Below, one piece after another: positions 6,258-13,916 of a DNA stretch of 16,001 bases; positions within the stretch are counted from its first letter, which is position 1, and each line of letters starts with the position of its first letter. Under the pieces are notes generated by a model. The model saw nothing but the letters and a program-made list of their open reading frames with translations. It had not been told where the DNA came from and did no database searches. The DNA is from Candidatus Krumholzibacteriia bacterium (GTDB lineage: Bacteria > Krumholzibacteriota > Krumholzibacteriia > LZORAL124-64-63): positions 1 through 16,001 of the forward strand of contig JAZBOO010000021.1 in NCBI GenBank assembly GCA_036351155.1, written 5' to 3'. The position numbers and the translations under genes were made by a program.

Positions 6258-7691
6258 CTAGTTCACCGTTTCCTTCGCCTTGATTTGCGCCAGCATTTCG
6301 GCGCCCGTAGGACTCTCCGGGTTCAGCTCCAGAGACTTTTCATACATGGCAATGGCTTCCATGTTATCGCCCATGGCATACAGGGCTTCGCCCAGGCTGT
6401 CGTACACATTCCACGAATCCGGAAACAACTCCACGTTGATGCGGAACATGGTCACTGCCTGTGCCGGCCGATCAGTTTGCAGGAAGTGATAACCATAAGT
6501 GTTGATCTGGGATTCCTGGAAGTAATGGGTCGGTTTGTCGGCCTTGTGCTGGGCCACGATATTCCGGATGGCAGACTCGTCAGCCCCTTCCTCCAGCAGA
6601 GCAAAGAGGGCCGGAGCCGCAGCCTCCTGGCCGGTGACCGCAGCCCACATCTCGGTCATGGTGGTGGTGTTGTTCCCCTGGCTGCAGCCCGGGCTGTCCA
6701 CCAGCTCGGGAAAACGATCAGCCAGGGTGTAGCTGGTGAGATACTCGGCAAGGCTGGCATGGTCCAGGGCGGCCTGGTGGGCGCCTTCCCAAAGGGCCTC
6801 CACGTACTTCACCCGGTTCTCGAAGCCGTCGAAAGTCAATTCGCCATTCCAGTGTCCGGGAATGAGGGTGCGGATTTCGTCTTTCCGCGCCAGCAGGGTG
6901 TTCCAGTTCTTGAGCAGCAGGGGAAAGTCGTGCTGGACCCCGGGCCGGGCGATGAACGAGGCCAAACAGCCGGGCGTGTCGGTGAGCCAGACATCGGCCA
7001 TGGTATCCCCCGTCATGAGCAACCCGTGTTCAGGTACCAGAATGGCGATGTCGCTGTCCGAGTGCATCCCGCCGATGTAATACATCTCGAATGTGGTGTC
7101 CCCCATTTTCAGGACCTTGCGATCCTTGAAGGTCTGGGTCGGGACCACGAGGGGATTGTTGGCCTGGGCTGCTTCCAGTACCATGCGGTTGAGGGTCAGG
7201 TTTTCCTCGAGCGCGGCCCGTTGTGGCGCGTCGGCAGCCATGGCCGCCAGCTCAGATTCCTGTTCTGCCACCCGGGTGGTCAGCCAGTCCACCATGCGCT
7301 GCAGTTGCTCCGGATCGCGATTCATGCCTGCGGCCACCAGTTCGTGGCCCACGATGGTGCAGTCCTTGTAGACGGCATTGCCGCCGGTATGGTCCTCGTG
7401 CTGGTGGGTGTTGATGAGCACCTTGAAGTCGTCGCGGCCCAGCTCCCGCGCAATGACCTTGCGCAGTTCAGCATCGACCTTGGGGTTGCCGGTGGTGTCG
7501 ATGATCACCAGCCCGTCCGACGTGGGAAAGGCCATGACGGCTGTGGAGGAAACGTGGTCCCCGATCCAGACGCGGATGGCACCCGAATCGTACTTGTGAA
7601 CGTGAAGGGGAAGGCCCGCCACCATTTCGGCGGAGGCACTCGCGGCGGCCAGAATCAGACACAGGGCAAGCAGGGCAGCGGCTCTGGACAT
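6258..7691 (-). CDS. Secreted metallo-beta-lactamase-fold hydrolase with C-terminal TPR repeats
   Basis: Signal peptide; IIDT, THQHEDHTGGN (HxHxDH), GMHSDSD, TGD and PGH metal-ligand motifs; TPR INTYGYHFL...WNVYDSLGEALY...YEKSLELNPES. Confidence 0.9.
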   Translation of the reverse strand: MSRAAALLALCLILAAASASAEMVAGLPLHVHKYDSGAIRVWIGDHVSSTAVMAFPTSDGLVIIDTTGNPKVDAELRKVIARELGRDDFKVLINTHQHEDHTGGNAVYKDCTIVGHELVAAGMNRDPEQLQRMVDWLTTRVAEQESELAAMAADAPQRAALEENLTLNRMVLEAAQANNPLVVPTQTFKDRKVLKMGDTTFEMYYIGGMHSDSDIAILVPEHGLLMTGDTMADVWLTDTPGCLASFIARPGVQHDFPLLLKNWNTLLARKDEIRTLIPGHWNGELTFDGFENRVKYVEALWEGAHQAALDHASLAEYLTSYTLADRFPELVDSPGCSQGNNTTTMTEMWAAVTGQEAAAPALFALLEEGADESAIRNIVAQHKADKPTHYFQESQINTYGYHFLQTDRPAQAVTMFRINVELFPDSWNVYDSLGEALYAMGDNMEAIAMYEKSLELNPESPTGAEMLAQIKAKETVN

Positions 7692-7852
7692 GGCATCGAC
7701 TCCTCACTGAGTGGGGAAATCATCAAGTCCGGTGGCCGGGGCACCTCGGGACTGACGGGAACAGGAATTGTTCCAGTGGGAGTATACGGGCTATTGATAT
7801 TTGTGTTTCAAAACAAATGATGCGAGCCATCCTGGAGTAGCTGATGAAGAAC

Positions 7853-9265
7853 TCACCGCACCAGCATCAACTTCTGACTGGCCACCCCGGCGGTCGATTC
7901 AAGACGCAGCAGGTAGGTCCCCGACGGCCCATGGCGGCCATCATTCCCGGTCCCGTCCCAGACCAAGGTCCGGGCACCCGATGGGCTCCACCCCTCCTCC
8001 AGGGTGCGCACCAGACGGCCTGAAAGGTCGTACACGGCCAGCGTGATCCCACCTGGGGCCTCGAGTTCAAAGCTGATGGTGGTCCGGGGGTTGAACGGAT
8101 TCGGTGAAGCCGGATGGAGCGCGATCATGCTCCGGTTAAGGTCCGGCACCGCGGACAGATCCTCCCGCTGCTGCACGACCTGCAACACCAGGAACTCGGC
8201 CGGCAACAGGGGCGCCCATCCCACCTGCATGATGGTGCGTCCCTCGGCGATGTCCAGCTCGGTCATGGTCGAGAAGTCACAGCGGGCGAAGTAGGCGTCG
8301 CTGCCCGTGGTGCCCTGGAACCAGCCCGACAGGAAAAGGGACTGCAGGAATACCTCAAGCTCGCTCTCGATCGCGAACCAGGTGAGCGGTTCGTTGGGTT
8401 CGGTCAAGCACCAGGCCGTCCCCTCGACAATGGACTCTTCGATGCACAGCCCCATGCGCCGCACGGCCACGTATTTCCACTCGGGATCGGTGGCCAGGGT
8501 CCGGGAGCCCCAGATGCGGATGCCCGACAGGTTGCGGATGGCGTTGACACCCAGGGGGTTCAGCTGATCCTGCTCCGGGGTGGTCACCGGGTAGGTCACC
8601 CCCGTGGCGGTGGCGATCACCCCGATGGGGGAATCGTTGGCCTCGGTGGCGCTGAAGGCCCCGGCCACGAATCCGCTGGGCGGCAGGGTCAGGGTGGTGC
8701 CCGTGGGAGAGGCCTCGATCCAGGGAAAATACAGAGCGGCAAACCCCTGGTCAGATCCCAGCAGGGCGCGCTGGGCCAAAATGTCGTTGATGGTGTCGGT
8801 GGGCGCAGCAGGGTCCAGGATCGCGATCCGGTCACCCGCGCTCTCGCAGTGGGCAATCATCGCCGCCTGGACCGCGGGGCTCGCGGCCCCCGGAATCGCC
8901 ACGATGGCAACCTCGTCCACATCCAGCAGCGCCTGCAACCCTGTCCGGGAACCGGGGCCGCCGTCGAACCCGATGAGGGTGGGGTCATCGGCGGCGCTCA
9001 CCCGCACCACCGCACACCGCACGCCGCCGTTGGCAAAAAACCCGGCCACCGAGGGGGCCAGATAGGGGTTGGTCAGCCCGGCGGTCGAGGCCCCGAACAC
9101 CGCCACGAACTCGGCGTAGCTGTCCAGCAGGACCGCCTCGTCCAGGGGGCCTTGTTCGGCCATCCCCACGAATCCCGCCTGCTCGGTGGGCACGCGGGAA
9201 ATGGGGACAGCAAGGGCGGGATACGCCGACACGAGCAGCAGAAGCAACAGGGCGAAGGATTTCAT
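7853..9265 (-). CDS. Phage tail-sheath-family domain fused to an N-terminal signal peptide and a C-terminal FlgD-Ig-type domain, 470 aa
   Basis: Signal MKSFALLLLLLVSAYPALA. Sheath motifs AGFVGMAEQGP, YLAPSVAGFFANGG, HCE...DRIAILD, AALYFPWI, PPSGFVAG, EQDQLNPLGVNAIR, IWGSRTL, WKYVAVRR, EPN, PAEFL (8168-9208). C-terminal domain SPNPFNP...VWDG...SGTYLLRL (7853-8167). Confidence 0.9.
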   Translation of the reverse strand: MKSFALLLLLLVSAYPALAVPISRVPTEQAGFVGMAEQGPLDEAVLLDSYAEFVAVFGASTAGLTNPYLAPSVAGFFANGGVRCAVVRVSAADDPTLIGFDGGPGSRTGLQALLDVDEVAIVAIPGAASPAVQAAMIAHCESAGDRIAILDPAAPTDTINDILAQRALLGSDQGFAALYFPWIEASPTGTTLTLPPSGFVAGAFSATEANDSPIGVIATATGVTYPVTTPEQDQLNPLGVNAIRNLSGIRIWGSRTLATDPEWKYVAVRRMGLCIEESIVEGTAWCLTEPNEPLTWFAIESELEVFLQSLFLSGWFQGTTGSDAYFARCDFSTMTELDIAEGRTIMQVGWAPLLPAEFLVLQVVQQREDLSAVPDLNRSMIALHPASPNPFNPRTTISFELEAPGGITLAVYDLSGRLVRTLEEGWSPSGARTLVWDGTGNDGRHGPSGTYLLRLESTAGVASQKLMLVR

Positions 9266-9339
9266 GATTCTTCCGATTCCGGGGTGATGGCCAAGGTCGA
9301 TGAACCCTGATGATACCACAACCGGAGAATTTTGGTCGG

Positions 9340-10494
9340 CTATTTCAGATCAAAGCCGGCAGCCAGGAGCTGCTCCTGGATCGCTTTGACCACCGCATCG
9401 CCCAGGGTCGCCTCGCCGGTCTCCTCCGCCTTCTTCAGCCGTTCCGCCTCCAGAAATTTTTCTCGCGCGACGGAAAGCTCGCCGATCTTCTTTCTCAGCT
9501 CCGCCCTCTGGGCGGCCACTTCCTGCAGGTGGATCTTGCGCTCCTCGGCAGTCATTTCCTGCATCTCATCGGGCAGCTCCTGGTCGGAAACCTTGGCCAG
9601 GATATCCGCATCACTTTCCAGGGCATCCACCAGGTCGCGGCTGCGGTTGTCGTACATCTTGCTGGATTTGGTGACCGACCGACTGACCGCCACCGAAGAA
9701 GACAGCTTGCCGGCATTGGCGTCCTGAGCCGCCTGGTTGCTCAAGTAATACTCCCGCTTTTCACGCGAGCCATACCAGAGGTAAGTGGCGTTCAGGTCCT
9801 CGTTCAGCCGCATGATGTCCTGGTCCTGGGGACAGGGAATGGGGGCCACCACCCGGTCCTGATCGATGTTAAAGTACTTCCCATGACCCAGCATGGCACC
9901 GTGCTGCCATTTCCCTTTGATGCCCTCCTGGTTCGGACCGCAGTGGATGGTGTTGACGACAACCCCCTGCCCCACCGCCCGCTCGCAGGAATTCTTGTAA
10001 TACACTCCGCCCTGGGTGAAGGGCTCATTCCCGGCAATGAATATGGCCCGGTAGGCGCCCGACCTTTCGGACCAGTCCAGTCGGGTGATCGCCTCGTCGA
10101 TGACCTGCCCGCAATACTCGTCGCCGCCTTGAGTGGTCAGGGAAAACAGGGCCTCCGAGAGGGCGTCCAGATCGTCGGTCAGCGGAACCACCTGGCGCAG
10201 GTAACCTTCATTCACCGGCAGATTGGTGTTGCCGTACTCGAACAGAGCCACCCTCAGGAACGGAGCCTGGTGGTACTTCCGCGCACGGGCAAACTGCTGC
10301 ACGATGGTCCAGAGCTGGCTCTTGGCCTGGCTGATGAGGCCGTCCATGGAGTTGGAGGTGTCCAGGAGAAGGGCCACGTCCACCATCGCATGGTCCCGGG
10401 GAGCCGAACGCGCTGTCGAGGTGGAGGGAAGAGTCGTGATCGCCATCGCCATCGTCAGGATGATGGCCGGGTAGAATGCTTTAGAAATTTGCAA
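9340..10494 (-). CDS. Secreted von Willebrand factor A (vWA) domain protein
   Basis: TTG start with GGGGAGG SD; signal peptide; MIDAS motif VDVALLLDTSNSMDGLI; GGDEYCG; IFIAGNE. Confidence 0.9.
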   Translation of the reverse strand: MQISKAFYPAIILTMAMAITTLPSTSTARSAPRDHAMVDVALLLDTSNSMDGLISQAKSQLWTIVQQFARARKYHQAPFLRVALFEYGNTNLPVNEGYLRQVVPLTDDLDALSEALFSLTTQGGDEYCGQVIDEAITRLDWSERSGAYRAIFIAGNEPFTQGGVYYKNSCERAVGQGVVVNTIHCGPNQEGIKGKWQHGAMLGHGKYFNIDQDRVVAPIPCPQDQDIMRLNEDLNATYLWYGSREKREYYLSNQAAQDANAGKLSSSVAVSRSVTKSSKMYDNRSRDLVDALESDADILAKVSDQELPDEMQEMTAEERKIHLQEVAAQRAELRKKIGELSVAREKFLEAERLKKAEETGEATLGDAVVKAIQEQLLAAGFDLK

Positions 10495-10626
10495 TGTGGG
10501 ACCTCCCCCAATGAGAACGGATGTGAGGGAGGTGGTTACCCCGCGGTGGCGTATCGGGTTCCCGTTTTAGGATTGGGGTTTCAATTGAGGGAGTCAAGGA
10601 CACCTGGTTTTCGGGGACCAGTCCTG

Positions 10627-10661
10627 AAAACAAAAACGACCTGCATTGCTGCAAGTCGTTT
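10627..10661 (-). terminator. Rho-independent terminator after tRNA-Lys 3' fragment (copy 1)
   Basis: Minus strand AAACGACTTGCA-GCAA-TGCAGGTCGTTT, then TTGTTTT. Confidence 0.75.
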
Positions 10662-10727
10662 CTGCTCTTAAATTTATTTGGTACGCCGCCAGGGAATCGA
10701 ACCCCGAATCTATCGACTTAGGGGCAC
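10627..10727 (-). repeat. Older att site: tRNA-Lys 3' fragment (10679-10708 intact) plus downstream flank; direct repeat of 13626-13726
   Basis: 78/82 identity for 10627-10708 vs 13626-13707, then 12/19 over the decayed anticodon-arm part. Offset 2999. Confidence 0.9.
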
Positions 10728-13439
10728 GCCGGCACTACATTGTGCTACCGCTACCTGCCACAACCACCGAATTACGGGCACCCGCAGGGCAAAAGCTCTA
10801 TTTTCGCGACTTGGCTGAGCCAACACATCCTCTAGTCCCTGAAGGCGACCAAGGTCATCTGAACCGCCATGCATGGCCAGCACCTGCAGCGCCCAAAACA
10901 GCCGTATCGTATCGGTTTCATATCTCCCCACAAGCCTCCCCTTCTCCACGATGCCATCAACGGCCCGGCGACAATAGTCCAATACCCCATTCTGGTTTCC
11001 GTGGCGAGATAGTTCCCTGGCCACGAAGCGCAATAGGTCTGGATGGATGTCCTCACGGACAGCCAATTCAATCAGCATAGCAACGTCAGAACCATTGACC
11101 CGAATCCCCACCCAAGGCAAAATGGGATGACTTCCAGGAATCCGCGTAGCCCAAGGAGGCCCAGTTAGACCTGCAGGGCGTCCGGGGGGAGTCCCAACAA
11201 TTGATTCCAACTCCTCAGGCGAAGGACGGGGCTGATAGTAGAGTGGCGAAGATCCTTCCAGCCATGGCCCTCGGCCGAAGACAACTGTACCCGAGGAAAC
11301 ACCCGCCCACACGGAATCATCAAGTCGGTTCGGAAGTGGTAGTAAAAACTCGTAGTATCCATAAACACTTCCCCGACAAACGACCGTTTCACCTCCGTGG
11401 TTAACGGCTACAAAAACTGCGTGTGCCTTGCCAGCCCCCACTTCGAGTACTTGCCCGGATTGGTACTCTGTAGCAACGTCAATAATTCTCGACATTGGCT
11501 CTTCCGAATTGTTCATACTGGAGTGATTGAAGCAGAGATTGCGCAGTCTGGTTCCGAGACGCTTCAAAAACTTGGCATCGGCATCAGTTTGAGGGTCACC
11601 ACGCAGTTCGCTCTCGGAGATCAGAGCCAACCGGTCCAGTATCTCCATGAATTCCGGGAACCGTCCGTCATCCAATCGGTGTGTTTCTGGGTCAGCCTGG
11701 ATCTGATCCGCAGCCATTTTGTACACACCGATTTCGCGACAAAGGTTGTCCCAGCGATGAGCCTCTTCTTTCAAGCGGCGGTAAAAAAGGGGGAATGGTT
11801 CGACATAGCCCTGGAATTGCGGTTCGGCCATGGAGATGCCCAAATATACGTGGGCACTCTTAAGATATGGCGCAGCAGCATGGCGAGATTCTGCCCAGGC
11901 TCCCAGAGCAGCATTCACCTGCTTGTCTCGCCATATGGGGGACCGGAAAAGGCTGGGAATACCCGCGGGCATATGAAAAAGAGCTTCGTGGCAGTTCCTA
12001 AATCCGCTCATCAGGCCAATTGAGTCTGTGGCTACAGTGGAGGCAGATTGTGGGAGTTTCAATCCCGCGCGCTTCAACAGGCCGGCTTCGTCTGGGATAT
12101 CGAACAGGCCCGCCATGACCTGAAGGCCCGAAATCGGCCAAGTTGAATGTTCGGCGATTTCCTGCAACAACACCCCATCCGCTGATCGACGCTGCGCGAG
12201 GATTCGTAAGCCGAGCACTTCTTTCCGCCCCCTGGCAGGGCTATCATCGATCAACGGAACTTCCCAGGTACCAGACTGGTTGAGGAATTGGTCGAAGTCC
12301 TTGTCGCCCTCCAAAACTGCCCGAATGGCAGCTGAACCGGGCTTCGCCGTCACTTCTTCGGCTAGATCCAGGTACATCCGGACATCTGGATCGTCTCGCG
12401 GACCCGCAATCTGAGAGGTCGTTCCATCAAGGAGTTCCCACCGCTCCCAGCTGCTTCGATGCCTTATTAGCGCTTCGACAAGTAACAAGGCTCGCCTCGT
12501 CGCCAGGGGGTCATCGACAGGGAAAACCGCTCGCGAGAGCCAGTGCCTTGCTCGGAAATAGCCTATCCCAAGCTCTCCCGAAGCCCTCCCCCGCGCACGA
12601 TACTCCGAATAATCTTCATTTTCCCCCAACAGGGGGCTAGACCCGAAATAGCTAGCCTCCCGAACCCTGGCGACCTCGGACTCCACGAGCGATCGTCGAA
12701 CAGCATCAAGACCTAAACTGTCAACGAACTTGGTATCGCCGTCAGAAGCGAGAATCACGGCGACAGATAGGAGAGCTGCATTGTCTTTCGACAGCTCGGC
12801 ATCATGCGGGGCAAGGCTCATCGCAAGGTCAAGACAGGAGTTTGACCAATCCCTCGCCAGGGCGATCAGTTCCTCATTGAACGATAGGTTTTCCAGTTCA
12901 TCGATGGCCGCTCGAACCAGGATCATGAATGTGTGATAGACTAAATCGGTCGTGACGAATGGATAGTTCTCGTCGTACCACTCGTACATTTCATTCTTGG
13001 TCCAAGGCATGACGACTGCACCCTGGCCGGCCAGCATCGCAAGTGCACTGTCAGGCAGGTCGAAGGCACAGTGAATGTTTTCATCCCGCATGAACGCTAA
13101 TCGCCGCGCCACTCCCTGGGCTGAATCAAGTACCTTTGCAACCTCTTCCAAAGCCATCCGATGATCACGATCGAAATTTTCTTCACGTCCAGCGGCCTGC
13201 CGTTGGTCGGCAAAATGTCCCTGAACCCGCTCCACGAGGGTGGTGTCTGCCAACAGAGCTCGCAGGGCTTCCACAGCGTCTAACTGTTCCTGACGATTCA
13301 ACTCTTTGATCGCATCATGCAAATCACGGGGGTCCGATGCATCAAGGCCATACAGTTCGAGATCAGATGGTAATTGAGCTACCGAAGTGCCAGGGAAGAC
13401 AACAACCAAAAGGATTAAGAAGCTGAGTCTACAGATCAT
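10710..13439 (-). CDS. DUF3160-domain secreted protein, 909 aa (island cargo)
   Basis: GGGAGG SD; signal peptide; PFVTTDLVYHTF, EDYSEY, YFRARHWL, AALGAWAESRH, GYVEPFPLFY, IIDVAT, VLEVGAG, GSVYGYYEF, RLDDSVW. Visibly more A/T-ending codons than neighbouring genes. Confidence 0.88.
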   Translation of the reverse strand: MICRLSFLILLVVVFPGTSVAQLPSDLELYGLDASDPRDLHDAIKELNRQEQLDAVEALRALLADTTLVERVQGHFADQRQAAGREENFDRDHRMALEEVAKVLDSAQGVARRLAFMRDENIHCAFDLPDSALAMLAGQGAVVMPWTKNEMYEWYDENYPFVTTDLVYHTFMILVRAAIDELENLSFNEELIALARDWSNSCLDLAMSLAPHDAELSKDNAALLSVAVILASDGDTKFVDSLGLDAVRRSLVESEVARVREASYFGSSPLLGENEDYSEYRARGRASGELGIGYFRARHWLSRAVFPVDDPLATRRALLLVEALIRHRSSWERWELLDGTTSQIAGPRDDPDVRMYLDLAEEVTAKPGSAAIRAVLEGDKDFDQFLNQSGTWEVPLIDDSPARGRKEVLGLRILAQRRSADGVLLQEIAEHSTWPISGLQVMAGLFDIPDEAGLLKRAGLKLPQSASTVATDSIGLMSGFRNCHEALFHMPAGIPSLFRSPIWRDKQVNAALGAWAESRHAAAPYLKSAHVYLGISMAEPQFQGYVEPFPLFYRRLKEEAHRWDNLCREIGVYKMAADQIQADPETHRLDDGRFPEFMEILDRLALISESELRGDPQTDADAKFLKRLGTRLRNLCFNHSSMNNSEEPMSRIIDVATEYQSGQVLEVGAGKAHAVFVAVNHGGETVVCRGSVYGYYEFLLPLPNRLDDSVWAGVSSGTVVFGRGPWLEGSSPLYYQPRPSPEELESIVGTPPGRPAGLTGPPWATRIPGSHPILPWVGIRVNGSDVAMLIELAVREDIHPDLLRFVARELSRHGNQNGVLDYCRRAVDGIVEKGRLVGRYETDTIRLFWALQVLAMHGGSDDLGRLQGLEDVLAQPSRENRAFALRVPVIRWLWQVAVAQCSAGVPLSR

Positions 13440-13624
13440 GTCCCGCCTCCCAAAATGTATGTGTGGGAAGAATTAAGAATTGAAAAAGACATCAAACTTT
13501 GCGTGTAACTCAAACTACGAAGGCTGAAAACCCTGAGTCAAGTATCTCGGAGATCAGGTTTCAAACCCAATGAAAAAGATAGGGAATTTTTTTACTTTAT
13601 TTTTTACTTCTTCTAGCTTCACCC

Positions 13625-13660
13625 AAAAACAAAAACGACCTGCATTACTGCAAGTCGTTT
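13625..13660 (-). terminator. Rho-independent terminator after tRNA-Lys 3' fragment (copy 2)
   Basis: Minus strand AAACGACTTGCA-GTAA-TGCAGGTCGTTT, then TTGTTTTT. Confidence 0.75.
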
Positions 13661-13677
13661 CTGATCTTGTATTTATT

Positions 13678-13722
13678 TGGTACGCCGCCAGGGAATCGAA
13701 CCCCGAACCTACTGATTAAGAG
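13678..13722 (-). tRNA. 3' half of tRNA-Lys(CTT) only: an att-site duplicate, not a functional tRNA
   Basis: CTCTTAA anticodon loop, TCAGT, AGGTT, CGGGG-TTCGATT-CCCTG T-arm, GCGGCGT-A-CCA. The upstream sequence cannot form the 5' anticodon stem, D arm or acceptor strand. Confidence 0.9.
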
Positions 13723-13744
13723 ACACCCTGAGCGCCATATTTCT

Positions 13745-13774
13745 ACGTTCAGCAATGTCCAACCATGTCCAACA
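13745..13774. repeat. Three tandem 10-bp repeats, putative integrase arm-type binding sites
   Basis: ACGTTCAGCA / ATGTCCAACC / ATGTCCAACA, starting 22 bp from the att core. Confidence 0.6.
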
Positions 13775-13916
13775 ACTACAATTCAACTTGCAGTGCATGA
13801 ATAACATACGCTATTTCAGGTTAACCTTGTTGTCGCTGCCGGTTTTACGATATGCCTGACACTGGAAGGAAGCTGGCAAGGTAGCTACCGGACCTGCTTA
13901 GCCCACGGAGATCACC

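Noticed and set aside
7853..9265. Prophage, tailocin or T6SS locus inferred from the sheath gene
   Set aside because: No tube, baseplate, spike, tape-measure or lysis genes nearby, and the gene lies outside the att-bounded region.
2001..10671. Long antisense ORFs (2001-2735, 2871-4142, 4233-5405, 6285-7820, 8114-9310, 9310-10671; also 14253-15002)
   Set aside because: They are shadows of real genes on the opposite strand, expected from GC-rich codon bias, and show no recognisable motifs. The 2871-4142 shadow runs in register across the UGA junction, which weakly supports a single gene there.
10679..13722. Functional tRNA genes or a CRISPR array at the two repeats
   Set aside because: Both copies lack the 5' half of the tRNA. 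There are only two copies, 3 kb apart, with no spacer pattern and no cas genes.
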